A stretch of DNA of 64,000 nt from Gemmatimonas sp. (GTDB taxonomy: Bacteria > Gemmatimonadota > Gemmatimonadetes > Gemmatimonadales > Gemmatimonadaceae). Made by a program: the position numbers and the translations under genes. Of the stretch, positions 1 to 9,529 are shown piece by piece. The notes under the pieces are model-generated. The model was not told the DNA's origin and did not search any database. It saw only the letters and a list, made by a program, of their open reading frames with translations. The stretch lies in the NCBI GenBank assembly GCA_965279375.1, contig OZ257156.1, positions 2,496,001-2,560,000 of the forward strand, given 5' to 3'. Numbering within the stretch: the stretch's first letter is position 1; every line of letters begins with the position of its first letter.

Positions 1-1354
1 CTTCGCGGAACTTGATCTTGAGATTCATGTCGGCCTGCATGCGCTGGCTCCGCGGATCGCCAAGGATGCTGCGCGCGCCGAGCGATCGCGGGCCCCACTC
101 CATGCGGCCATCGAACCAGCCGACGATCTTCTCGTCGGCCAGCACCGAGGCCGTCTTCTCCAGCAGCGCCGGACGATCCAGGCGTTCGTAGCTCGCGCCG
201 ACGCTCTTGAGATACGTCTCGATCTCGTCGGGCGTGTACGACGGCCCGAGATACGAGCCGCGCATGCTGTCACGTCCCTTGGTCACCGTGCGTGGCTTGT
301 TCATGTGACGATGCCACGCCAGCATCGCGACGCCCAAGGCGCCGCCCGCATCGCCGGCCGCTGGTTGAATCCACAGCTCCTTGAACGGACCTTCGCGCAG
401 AATGCGCCCGTTGCCGACGCAGTTGAGCGCGACGCCACCGGCCAGACAGAGGCGATCGAGCCCCGTTTCCTTGTGCGCCGTGCGTGCCATGCGCAGCATG
501 ATCTCCTCGCACACCACCTGCACCGAGCGCGCGAGATCCATCTCCTTCTGCGTCAGCTTCGATTCAGGAACGCGCGGCGGTCCGCCGAACAGGTCGTGAA
601 ATGCGGGGCTCGTCATGGTGAGCCCGCCGAGGTAGTTGAAATACTTCTGATTCATCGTGAACGACCCGTCTTCGCGCAGGTCGATCAGTTCACGGTAGAT
701 CAGGTCGACGTACTTTGGCTCGCCATAGGGCGCGAGTCCCATCACCTTGTACTCACCGGAGTTGACCTTGAATCCGGTGTAGTACGTGATCGCGGAGTAC
801 AGCAGCCCAAGCGAGTCGGGCCAGCGCACTTCCTTGAGCAGCGAGAGCGTGTTGCCGCGTCCGACGCCGATGGATGCAGTCGCCCACTCGCCAACACCGT
901 CCATGGTCAGCACGGCCGCTTCTTCAAACGGCGACGGAAAGAACGCGCTCGCCGCGTGCGACTCGTGGTGCTCGGCGTAGAGCAATTCGCCATCGAAGTC
1001 GAGTGCGTCGCGAAGCTGCTTGTCCTGATAGAGCTTCTCTTTGATCCACAGCGGCCCGGCCAGCAGGAACGAACGAAAGCCCTTGGGGGCGACGCCGAGG
1101 TACGTCTCGAGAATGCGTTCGAACTTGAGCAGCGGCTTGTCGTAGAAGCCGACGGCCGTCAGCTCCTGCCGCGTGATCCCCGCCTGACGCAAACAGAACT
1201 CGGTTGCCAAACTGGGGAACGCCGAGTCTCCCTTGATCCGCGACAGTCGCTCTTCACTGACTGCGGCGACGATCTCGCCGTCGCGCAGCAGGCACGCCGC
1301 GCTGTCGTGATAAAACGCCGAGATGCCGAGAATGTAGGTGGACTGAGAAGACAC
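1..1354 (-). CDS. Carbamoyltransferase, NodU/CmcH family (3' end runs off the window)
   Basis: Not in the ORF track; translated by hand from GTG 1354: YILGISAFYHDSAACLLRDGEIVAAVSEERLSRIK...FYDKPLLKFERILETY...HHESHAASAF...GEYKVMGLAPYG...GGVALNC...GRMEWGPRSLGARSIL...MNLKIKFRE. Confidence 0.93.
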   Translation of the reverse strand, partial: MSSQSTYILGISAFYHDSAACLLRDGEIVAAVSEERLSRIKGDSAFPSLATEFCLRQAGITRQELTAVGFYDKPLLKFERILETYLGVAPKGFRSFLLAGPLWIKEKLYQDKQLRDALDFDGELLYAEHHESHAASAFFPSPFEEAAVLTMDGVGEWATASIGVGRGNTLSLLKEVRWPDSLGLLYSAITYYTGFKVNSGEYKVMGLAPYGEPKYVDLIYRELIDLREDGSFTMNQKYFNYLGGLTMTSPAFHDLFGGPPRVPESKLTQKEMDLARSVQVVCEEIMLRMARTAHKETGLDRLCLAGGVALNCVGNGRILREGPFKELWIQPAAGDAGGALGVAMLAWHRHMNKPRTVTKGRDSMRGSYLGPSYTPDEIETYLKSVGASYERLDRPALLEKTASVLADEKIVGWFDGRMEWGPRSLGARSILGDPRSQRMQADMNLKIKFRE

Positions 1355-1523
1355 AGGCGCGGGTACGGGGAAACGGGGGCAAACGTGTGGAGTCTGTTTC
1401 GGCCGTGCCACGGCACAACCTTCGGTGAGGACGCACCGTTCTCCGTTCGGCAACTGGAGTGTAATGTACGGTCGCGACGGTCGAACGGAATCTTCTGAGC
1501 CAGTCCACCAAACGGCAGGTACG

Positions 1524-2708
1524 ATGAGCGGTGCGTCGGACGACCTCACGGGCGTGAAACGGATTGCAGGGTGGCTGCGGGATCTGTGGGTGGCGGCCGG
1601 TATCGCGCTCATCCTCTTCCTGCTGCTCGAGGGCGCGTACATCGCCCAGCGATCCGTTCGCGCACGGCTTCAGGGGAGCGACGACGAGCGTGCCGCGCAG
1701 GTGGATGGGCACCCGTATCGCGGGCAGGCGTGGTACCGTCAGCTGCTGCGTGAGCGCGCCACCCAGGTGAACCGATGGGACGCCTGGCGCACGTACTGGT
1801 CATACCCGGTCACCGGGACCTACCTCAACGTCGACACGCTCGGCCGCCGCCGAACCATCCAGCCGGCTCCGGCGGACACGGCGCCGTTTCGCGTCGCGAT
1901 GCTGGGCGGCTCTGCGATGTGGGGGTACACGGCGCGCGACTCGGCGACCATTCCGTCGCTCGTCGCCAAGAAGCTCGCCGCCAGCGGCGTGTCGGGTGTG
2001 GAGCTGATCAATCTCGCGCAGCCGGGCTATGTGCTCGGGCAGGAGTTGGTCACGCTGCGTCTCGAAGTGGAGCACGGCAACGCGCCGGCGATGGCCGTGT
2101 TCTTCGACGGCATCAACGATGTGCGCACCTCGCTGCTGTATCTCGAGCCGGGGCGCGTCTTCTTCGAGCCGCGGTTCAAGCAGTTGTACGAAGTCGAGTC
2201 CAAGCGCGGCTTCGTGGGATCGCTGGTGGCCTCGAGTCTACGCTCGGCGGTGCTGCAGCGACTACTGATGCGGCTCGGACTGTCGCGCGAGTGGGTAGAG
2301 CCGCCCGCGCCACCGACGCTCTGCGGCCGACTTGGCAGCTACTACCGCCAGACGTCCGATGAGGCCGCGGGCTTCGCGCAGCGGCACGGCATGCAGGTGC
2401 TCTTCGTGCAACAGCCGATGCACGGCACCACGAACAAGCCGCTCACCCCGTTCGAGCAGGGGTTCATGCAGCTGGCTGAGCGCAATAAGCTGATCCGCAG
2501 CTGCGGAAACTCCATCGACTCCGCGATGACGACGACGGCAGCGCCGCCGTACATCTCGATGGCCAAGATCTTCGACGATCACAAGGAAACGGTGTTCCTC
2601 GACGACTTCGGCCACGTGACCGAAGAGGGGAACGCGATCATCGCCGATCGAATCGCGGCGGCGATCGCGGACGCCGTCACCGCAAAGCGCGGCGCCCTAC
2701 CGCACTGA
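1524..2708 (+). CDS. Membrane-anchored SGNH/GDSL hydrolase-family protein
   Basis: N-terminal TM helix; GGSAMWG, DGINDV and D-x-x-H (DDFGH) blocks; ATG 1524 preceded by GGCAGG. Confidence 0.75.
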   Translation: MSGASDDLTGVKRIAGWLRDLWVAAGIALILFLLLEGAYIAQRSVRARLQGSDDERAAQVDGHPYRGQAWYRQLLRERATQVNRWDAWRTYWSYPVTGTYLNVDTLGRRRTIQPAPADTAPFRVAMLGGSAMWGYTARDSATIPSLVAKKLAASGVSGVELINLAQPGYVLGQELVTLRLEVEHGNAPAMAVFFDGINDVRTSLLYLEPGRVFFEPRFKQLYEVESKRGFVGSLVASSLRSAVLQRLLMRLGLSREWVEPPAPPTLCGRLGSYYRQTSDEAAGFAQRHGMQVLFVQQPMHGTTNKPLTPFEQGFMQLAERNKLIRSCGNSIDSAMTTTAAPPYISMAKIFDDHKETVFLDDFGHVTEEGNAIIADRIAAAIADAVTAKRGALPH

Positions 2709-3683
2709 GTCGCGGGCGAGCCAGTCGCGATACCACTCCACGGTGCTGGCCAACGCCTCGTCGAACGAAAACGACGGGTGCCAATCCATGCGCTGGCGCG
2801 CCTTGGTGCAGTCAAGGAACTGGGCCGGGATTTCGTGCGTGGCCTCGCCACGGATGTCGGGCTCCAAGCCGCTGACTCCCATCACCGCCATCAGCCGATC
2901 GACGACTTCGATGACGTTGAGCGGCGTTTCCGTGCCGAAGTTGAATGCTTCGCCCGTGATCCCGTCGCTCGGAATGTGTTCGGCGAGCGTGAGATACGCC
3001 GCGACTGCATCGCGCACGTAGAAGTAGTCTCGTACGAAGGTGCCATCACTGCGAATGATGGGGCGCTCACCGCGCAGCGCTGACCGGATCGTGCCGGGAA
3101 TGAGGCGGTTGAAATTCAGGTCGCCTGCGCCGAACAGATTGCCGCAACGCGTCACGGCGATCGGCACCTTGTACGTGTGCCAGTAGCTGAAGCTGATGAG
3201 GTCCGTGCACGACTTGGACACGTCGTACGGAAAGCGCCCCTGCAACGGCGCGTCTTCCGTGTACGGCAACGTGTCATGCGAGCCATACGCCTTGTCGCTC
3301 GATGCCACGATCACGCGCTGAATGCGCGGCATGTTCTGCTTGGCGGCCTCCAGCAGGCACCACGTGCCGCGGATGTTCGCTTCGAAAGTGGACATCGCAC
3401 TGCGCGACGCCGTGCCGACGATGGTCTGGGCGCCCAGGTGAAAGACCGTGTCGATCTCGTATTCGTTGAGCACGCGCAGCAGCGTCGGATGATCTTCCAG
3501 TTCGCCGCGAATGACCTGGCAACGAGGGAGCAACGCCGAGGAGACCGCGCGGCTATCCGGCACCCAATCGCGCACCAGGACGGTCACGCGCGCGCCGCGC
3601 GAGAGCAGCTCTTCCGTCAAATGCGAACCGAGCAGCCCGGTCGCGCCGGTGACGAAGACGTTCTTGTCGTTCCAGAAACTCAT
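2697..3683 (-). CDS. CDP-sugar dehydratase/epimerase (YfnG/RfbG-like extended SDR)
   Basis: VTGATGLLG, ASSDKAYG, YDVSK (YxxxK), RCGNLFG..D.NFNR; adjacent to rfbF. Confidence 0.88.
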   Translation of the reverse strand: MSFWNDKNVFVTGATGLLGSHLTEELLSRGARVTVLVRDWVPDSRAVSSALLPRCQVIRGELEDHPTLLRVLNEYEIDTVFHLGAQTIVGTASRSAMSTFEANIRGTWCLLEAAKQNMPRIQRVIVASSDKAYGSHDTLPYTEDAPLQGRFPYDVSKSCTDLISFSYWHTYKVPIAVTRCGNLFGAGDLNFNRLIPGTIRSALRGERPIIRSDGTFVRDYFYVRDAVAAYLTLAEHIPSDGITGEAFNFGTETPLNVIEVVDRLMAVMGVSGLEPDIRGEATHEIPAQFLDCTKARQRMDWHPSFSFDEALASTVEWYRDWLARDSVR

Positions 3684-4480
3684 GAATCCGTTTTCCAGGG
3701 GGCGTTGCCCGAAGCCCAGAGATCTTCGAGCAACATCTTTTCGCGCAGCGTGTCCATCGGCTGCCAGAATCCGTGATGCCGAAAGGCCATCAGCTGGCCT
3801 TCGCGCGCGATGCGTTCGAGCGGCTCGCGCTCGAGGCTGATCTCATCGCCGGTGATGTAATCGAGGACGGCAGGTTCGAAGACGAAGAAGCCGCCGTTGA
3901 TCCACCCTTCGTGTCCTTGTGGCTTCTCCGCGAAGGCGCGCACCGCATCGCCGTCGATCGTGAGGTCGCCGAAACGTGCGGGCGGACGCACCGCCGTAAC
4001 GGTGGCGAGCTTGCCGTGCGCGCGGTGAAACGCCAGCAGCGCCGCGATGTCCACGTTGCCGAGTCCATCGCCGTACGTGACCATGAACGTGCCGCCCGAC
4101 ACCAGCGACTTGAGGCGGAGCAAGCGTCCGCCCGTCATCGTGTCGAGGCCGGTGTCCATGACCGACACCTTCCAGTCGTTGCGCGGCGCGTTGAGGAACT
4201 CCACACCGCCGCTGTGTAGATCGACCGTGAAGTCGCTGTGGTGCACGGCGTAGTTGTGGAAGAACTCCTTGATCAGTGCGCCCTTGTAGCCGCACGCCAC
4301 CACGAAGTCGCGCAGTCCATGATTGGCATAGACGCCCATGAGATGCCACAACAGCGGCATCCCGCCGATCTCCACCATCGGCTTGGGGCGTGTTCCCGTT
4401 TCTTCGGCCAATCGCGTCCCGCGCCCACCCGCGAGAATGACCACCTTCACGGCTTGCTCGCCCGTGGACGGCGTACTCAC
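3680..4480 (-). CDS. rfbF: Glucose-1-phosphate cytidylyltransferase
   Basis: VILAGGRGTRL, PKPMVEIGG, DTGLDTMTGGRL, YGDG, WINGGFF, FWQPMDTLRE; start 4480 (GTGA overlap) or 4450. Confidence 0.95.
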   Translation of the reverse strand: MSTPSTGEQAVKVVILAGGRGTRLAEETGTRPKPMVEIGGMPLLWHLMGVYANHGLRDFVVACGYKGALIKEFFHNYAVHHSDFTVDLHSGGVEFLNAPRNDWKVSVMDTGLDTMTGGRLLRLKSLVSGGTFMVTYGDGLGNVDIAALLAFHRAHGKLATVTAVRPPARFGDLTIDGDAVRAFAEKPQGHEGWINGGFFVFEPAVLDYITGDEISLEREPLERIAREGQLMAFRHHGFWQPMDTLREKMLLEDLWASGNAPWKTDS

Positions 4481-5274
4481 GAGGCGCGCACCGTTGCGGG
4501 GAGCCACTGCGTGGCGACCGTTTCACGCCACGACTTGAGCCGCCCCGAGAAACGGAAGCCGAGCAGATAGGTGAAGAACTCCCAGCAGGTGGCCATGCGC
4601 ACGTGCGAGAGGCCGTTGCCGCGCATGCGTGCGAAGACGTTGAGCTCCATCACGCGCACGCCCATGTAGTGTGCCTTGATGAGCATCTCCGGATCGAGCA
4701 GCCAGTTGGTGGACTGCAGATCCATCGCCTGCACAACATCGCGTCGCAACATGCGCGGCTGTCCGTTGACATCCCACGACCCCAGCTTGGGCCAGAGCAT
4801 GCGCACGAACAGGTTGTAGCCGACCGAGATGATCTGTCGCTGGAAGCCGTCCATGCGATACCGGCGTCGGACTTTGCCGAGCACCTTACCGTCGGTTTCT
4901 GCGCAGGCCTCGTAGAGTCGGAAGAGATCTTCCGCGTCCACCTGACCGTCGGCGGCGATGGTGCCGATCCAAAGACCGGTGGCTGCCCGCATGCCCGTGA
5001 TGACGCCGTTGCCGAAGCCGATGTTCGTCTGCACCTGCACGGGCCGCACGATCCCCGGATACTTCTCGGCGAGGACCTGAAGCTTCTGCCACGTGTCATC
5101 CTTCGAGCCGTTGTCGACGGTCACGATCTCGTAGCGCACGTCCATGTTGGAGAAGGCGCGCACGAGACGAGGCACCGTGTGGGGCACGTTCTCGGATTCG
5201 TTGTAGCACGGCATCACGATCGAGAGATCGAGACGCCCCCCGGTCGAATCCGTGGAGGAAGCGTGTGCGCTCAG
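4477..5274 (-). CDS. GT2 glycosyltransferase, polyprenyl-phosphate transferase (DPM1/ArnC-like)
   Basis: LSIVMPCYNE, VDNGSKD, ADGQ; probable CTG start at 5274 overlapping the upstream TGA (ORF track starts at 5217). Confidence 0.85.
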   Translation of the reverse strand: MSAHASSTDSTGGRLDLSIVMPCYNESENVPHTVPRLVRAFSNMDVRYEIVTVDNGSKDDTWQKLQVLAEKYPGIVRPVQVQTNIGFGNGVITGMRAATGLWIGTIAADGQVDAEDLFRLYEACAETDGKVLGKVRRRYRMDGFQRQIISVGYNLFVRMLWPKLGSWDVNGQPRMLRRDVVQAMDLQSTNWLLDPEMLIKAHYMGVRVMELNVFARMRGNGLSHVRMATCWEFFTYLLGFRFSGRLKSWRETVATQWLPATVRAS

Positions 5275-6416
5275 GCGGACGCTCCCGCCAGACGCGCCGC
5301 CAACGACTCGAACGCGGCCAGCTCCGGTGCATTGGGCTCGAGGGCCGCGAGACGATCGCGCACGCCGGCGAGCACGGAGAGATGCACCGTACGATTGTGG
5401 AACTTGGACGTATAGATCTCAGGCGTGTCCCAGCCTTCCACCTGATTCACGAAGCGCTCCATGAGCGGCAGCGCCTGCTCTGCGTCGCCACCGAGCAGCA
5501 CGGACAGATAGTTGGGCCAGTTGAGAATCGAATGCGGCGGCACGCCCGCGTCGTACACATCGTTGCCAAGGAACGCGAGCACCTCGAGCAGCGGATCGCG
5601 CAGCGTCGGGCCGTTCGGCTTGTTGAGCTGATTGCGCAGCGTCGTCAGTGGCGTCTCGCCCAGAATGTGCGGCGTGGACGGCAGGAAGCCGGTCAGCGGG
5701 AAGAAGCGAATGTCGCAGCTCAGGCGACGGCGCGGACCAGGGTTACTGCTCGAGTGCAGCAACAGCGAGTTAAAGATCACGCACGTACCGGCCTTCGCCT
5801 GCACGTCGATGGGCGCGCGGAAGGCGGACAGGCGCGGATCGTCGAGCTTGAGCCACTGATGGCAGAGCAAACCGTTGCGATGCGTGCCCGGATAGATCCG
5901 CAGATTCCAGTCAGGGCAGGAGTTGAGCGGCGTCCAGAGCGTGATGCCGGCCGGACTGGTCGGAAGCGCGGCGCCGCTGAAGTCCTGATGAATCAGATAC
6001 TGCCCCTGCACTTCGAGGTACTGCGCCTTGGGGTCGTAGCCGCCGTGATCGACGGCCTGTACGTCACCACCCTTGAACTGGCCGTGGAAGTTGCTGCTGA
6101 CGTGGAGCACCGGACCGATCAAGCGGGAGAACACGGGGCCGAGCGCGGCGAGGAGATCCTTGGCCAGCTCCGGCGACGTGTCGATGCGCGACATGCGCTG
6201 GCGGGTCTCCACCGGCAGAATGACCGGCGGGCTGTTCGGATCGAGAATCGCATCCATCTCGTCATGTCCGACGCCCAGGCGTTCGGCGACGATCGGTATA
6301 AACCGACTCGTGACGGCCTCGGAGACGCCTTCCACCATGAAGTAGCCGTCCTCCTCGAACTGCCGCGCTGCCGCGTCGAGGCTCTCTTCGGTGAACGCAT
6401 CGAGACGGAACGTCAT
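5271..6416 (-). CDS. Phytanoyl-CoA dioxygenase (PhyH)-family Fe(II)/2-oxoglutarate oxygenase
   Basis: F.EDGY, HQD, WTPL, YPGTH, LLHSS, RLSCDIR; AGGAG before ATG 6416. Confidence 0.8.
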   Translation of the reverse strand: MTFRLDAFTEESLDAAARQFEEDGYFMVEGVSEAVTSRFIPIVAERLGVGHDEMDAILDPNSPPVILPVETRQRMSRIDTSPELAKDLLAALGPVFSRLIGPVLHVSSNFHGQFKGGDVQAVDHGGYDPKAQYLEVQGQYLIHQDFSGAALPTSPAGITLWTPLNSCPDWNLRIYPGTHRNGLLCHQWLKLDDPRLSAFRAPIDVQAKAGTCVIFNSLLLHSSSNPGPRRRLSCDIRFFPLTGFLPSTPHILGETPLTTLRNQLNKPNGPTLRDPLLEVLAFLGNDVYDAGVPPHSILNWPNYLSVLLGGDAEQALPLMERFVNQVEGWDTPEIYTSKFHNRTVHLSVLAGVRDRLAALEPNAPELAAFESLAARLAGASA

Positions 6417-6464
6417 GCTCGTACTCCTATTCACGGTTCGGTGGGCGTGACGCCCGGGTTCTTG

Positions 6465-7466
6465 CTAGGCAGAGACTTGATCGAGAAAGCGCGCTGCACG
6501 CCGCACGCCCTCAGCGACGTCGATCGAGGGCACCCACGCGATGGACTGTCGAAGGCGGTCGACCGAAACGGTGTCGTGCGGCGTTTCATCGGCCCGCTGG
6601 GGCACTGCACCGAAATGCAGTCGCTCCGCTGGGATCGACAACACGCGCGCGGCCGTTTCTGAAAACTCCCGGACGCTGTACAGCTTTCCAGTGGCGAGGT
6701 TTACGATGCCACCCGGAATCGAAGACCGTAGCCCCAGCGCCAGTAACCCGTCGGCAACATCCTCAACATAGGTAAAATCGCGTCGCTGTGTGCCCGCAGA
6801 CAGTGGGACCGGCTCACCCGCGCTGCGTGCATCGAGCAACGTGGGCAGGAGTCGGCCGGCGTGTTCTCCCGGCCCATAGACGGTAAACAGACGGGCCGTC
6901 ACCGTGTTCGGCAACGCCGCGTCCACGAGCCGCTGCGTCCCCTCCAGTTTGGTCTGGCCGTAGAGCGTCGTCGGGTGCGGCGCCGCGTCTTCCGGCAAGT
7001 GGCCGCCAATGGTGCCGTACTCCAGCGCCGATCCGGTGTGCACCAACCGAATGCCGAGCCATGGCTTGTTCGCGGGGGCGGTGGCCAGCAGTGCCAGCTC
7101 TCCAACCAGCTCGGCGTTGATTCGCTGGGCCAGCGCATCATCCCGCTCGGAGCGGTCGATCCCGTAGCCGGCCAAGTTGAATGTCACCGACGGCCGATGC
7201 TCGGCGAACAGGGCGGCGACGGACCCGGGCTCCGCGAGATCGACGCGCGCGATCTCACCGGTGATGCCGTACTGCACGGCGACCGTCTGCATCGCCGCAG
7301 TATCGCGAACGGCTGACACCACACGAGCGCCTGCCCGCGAAAGCCTGCGCGCCACCCAGCGCCCGATGAATCCCGAGGCGCCAAGCACGAGGGCGGTGGC
7401 CCCGCGATACGACGCCTCAGCGCGTCCGTCGGCCGAGCCGACCACATCGATTGACGGGGCGTTCAC
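6465..7466 (-). CDS. NAD-dependent epimerase/4-ketoreductase (extended SDR)
   Basis: GASGFIG, GSALEYG, YGQTK, RLFTVYGPG, RDFTYVEDVA. Confidence 0.85.
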   Translation of the reverse strand: MNAPSIDVVGSADGRAEASYRGATALVLGASGFIGRWVARRLSRAGARVVSAVRDTAAMQTVAVQYGITGEIARVDLAEPGSVAALFAEHRPSVTFNLAGYGIDRSERDDALAQRINAELVGELALLATAPANKPWLGIRLVHTGSALEYGTIGGHLPEDAAPHPTTLYGQTKLEGTQRLVDAALPNTVTARLFTVYGPGEHAGRLLPTLLDARSAGEPVPLSAGTQRRDFTYVEDVADGLLALGLRSSIPGGIVNLATGKLYSVREFSETAARVLSIPAERLHFGAVPQRADETPHDTVSVDRLRQSIAWVPSIDVAEGVRRAARFLDQVSA

Positions 7467-9529
7467 GGCTGAACCTGGGCCGGGCGCCCGGCCGGCTTGG
7501 CCGGCGGCGTCGCGATGCGCGCCAGCGCGTCCCGCGTGGTCAGCGGGCCTGCGCGAACCACGTAGGTGGAGCCGCTGATCGTGGGGCCATCGACCAGCCA
7601 GACGGCGCGATCCGGGAACGCCGCGATGGTCGCACTGTCGGTCGAGGGGTTGATCCGGGCCGCATACACTGGCACCGGATCGCTGAGGTCGAGCGGGTTA
7701 AACACGGCCGTGGACGCATAGTCGGGATACTCGCGTCCAGTGACCATGACCAGGCCGGTGCCGAAGCCCTTCGACTCCGCGAGCGCTGCGATGTCCGGTC
7801 GCATGCCGCGATAGTGCCAGTACTTGTCTACCACGCGCCACGGGATGAAGACGAATGTCCCGCCCGCAACCGCCAGCGTCAGCGCAGCAAGCCAGCGGCT
7901 TTGCGACAGTGACGTCGGTGATGCGTCTGCGCCGATGGTGCGGTCGCCCAGCGTCAGCGTGCCGCGCGCCGTGAGCGCCGCGAGCGGTACGATCATCAGG
8001 AACCAGTATCGCGCGCCGAAGTCCGGGCCGCCGGCAAAGTAGTTGAAGAAGTACGCCAGCCAGGTGAACGCCATGACCGCGAGCATCAGCCGGTCGGGAC
8101 GCGTCAGTCGACCGCGGAGCACGAACGCGTACACGATCAACAGCGACCCGATGCACCAACCGAACAGCTCGATCTGGGTCGCCACGGTATTCAGCGACGC
8201 ATTAATCAGCCCGTCGACCGGTCCATGTCCCGGGTTGGGGTCGAGCGGCCACCCCATTCCGCGATTGGCGCCGAAGCCGTAGTCGTTCGCACCCTTCCCG
8301 TACAACGCGTCGTTATACGCCATGATCGGGAAGGTGCCCGCCTTGCCAGTGAAGCGCTGGTTGAAGGCCAACAGTGGTGCGGCGCCCAGCATCGAGCCGA
8401 GCACGAGTCCGGCCGTTCCGGAGAGCTTGAGGCGGCGCCCACCGAGTCCGATGCACCAGAGTCCAAGGGCGCCAGCGGCGACCATGGCGTCGAGCTGTCG
8501 CACCGTGGCCAGCATGCCGAGCGCAAGGCCGCCAAGCCAGGTCCAGCGCGCGAGTCCGGTGCGTCGCGTCGTGACGACGCTCAGCGCGGCCGCCAGGGCG
8601 AGGAACAGCGTGAGCGCATGCGGCATGTACGCCATGCCGAGGAACAGATTCCACGGCGAGCACGCGAAGAGCAGCGTGGAGAGGCGTGCCACGCGTCGGC
8701 CGTACAATGGCTGCAACACGAGGTACATCAGAATCACATTCAGGCCGGTGAGCAGCGGATTCACCAGCCATGTGAGGCCGAGCCATTCAGCCGGTACGAA
8801 AGCAACCGCGAGCCCGGGCGGCACCGGCGAATACCAGCCGGATGCGCCTGCGTCGATCAGGTAGAGTGCGAATGCCGCCGGCACCGGCGGGTTGGGCAGC
8901 GTGACGCGGCCGGATGCGAACGTGCGCGCCTGAAAGAGGTACGCGACTTCGTCCTGCAGGTGTGGATGCCGCTGATAGACGAACAGCGCCAGCAGTGCAC
9001 ACATCGCGGCGGTGGCGATTGCCACGGTAACGACGAAGCGGTCGACGCGCGGCTTGATGTCGTCGCCGAATGGCACGGACTCGCCGAGCAGTCGGTCGAA
9101 GCGGGCGCGGACCCGTTGCAGCGACGCGTCGGGAAGGGCGGTGACGGCGAGCCAGGTGGTCGCCACGCTGAGCAGTTGAATCAGCGTGGAGAGCGCGATC
9201 TCGCCGGCGAGTTTGCCGAGATCACGACCGACGATCGCGCTCGAGCCCACCATCGCTGCGAGCAGGACGGGGAGGCGCCAGGCAGGGAGTGTGGTCGTCG
9301 CGTTCTCCCAGAGCGCGCCCACGCGCTGGCGCAGTGCGAAGAGCACGAGCAGCGCTTGCGCCCCAAGAATGGCAACGCTGAGCGGCTGTGTCGCAAGTTG
9401 CGCGAGGGGCAGGTAATGCTGATAGCCAACGGACTGCCCCGCGACCACCAAAGACAACGCCGCGCCAAACCCCACCAACGAGAGCAGTGCCCAACCGATC
9501 GCAGCGCGGCCGCTCGGCGTCGGGCTCAC
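7463..9529 (-). CDS. GT-C fold membrane glycosyltransferase (ArnT/PMT-like)
   Basis: Many TM helices; QDEVAYLFQA acidic loop; FGARYW. Confidence 0.72.
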   Translation of the reverse strand: MSPTPSGRAAIGWALLSLVGFGAALSLVVAGQSVGYQHYLPLAQLATQPLSVAILGAQALLVLFALRQRVGALWENATTTLPAWRLPVLLAAMVGSSAIVGRDLGKLAGEIALSTLIQLLSVATTWLAVTALPDASLQRVRARFDRLLGESVPFGDDIKPRVDRFVVTVAIATAAMCALLALFVYQRHPHLQDEVAYLFQARTFASGRVTLPNPPVPAAFALYLIDAGASGWYSPVPPGLAVAFVPAEWLGLTWLVNPLLTGLNVILMYLVLQPLYGRRVARLSTLLFACSPWNLFLGMAYMPHALTLFLALAAALSVVTTRRTGLARWTWLGGLALGMLATVRQLDAMVAAGALGLWCIGLGGRRLKLSGTAGLVLGSMLGAAPLLAFNQRFTGKAGTFPIMAYNDALYGKGANDYGFGANRGMGWPLDPNPGHGPVDGLINASLNTVATQIELFGWCIGSLLIVYAFVLRGRLTRPDRLMLAVMAFTWLAYFFNYFAGGPDFGARYWFLMIVPLAALTARGTLTLGDRTIGADASPTSLSQSRWLAALTLAVAGGTFVFIPWRVVDKYWHYRGMRPDIAALAESKGFGTGLVMVTGREYPDYASTAVFNPLDLSDPVPVYAARINPSTDSATIAAFPDRAVWLVDGPTISGSTYVVRAGPLTTRDALARIATPPAKPAGRPAQVQP

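Noticed and set aside
305..1498. 397-aa plus-strand ORF
   Set aside because: Antisense shadow of the carbamoyltransferase; no recognisable motifs.
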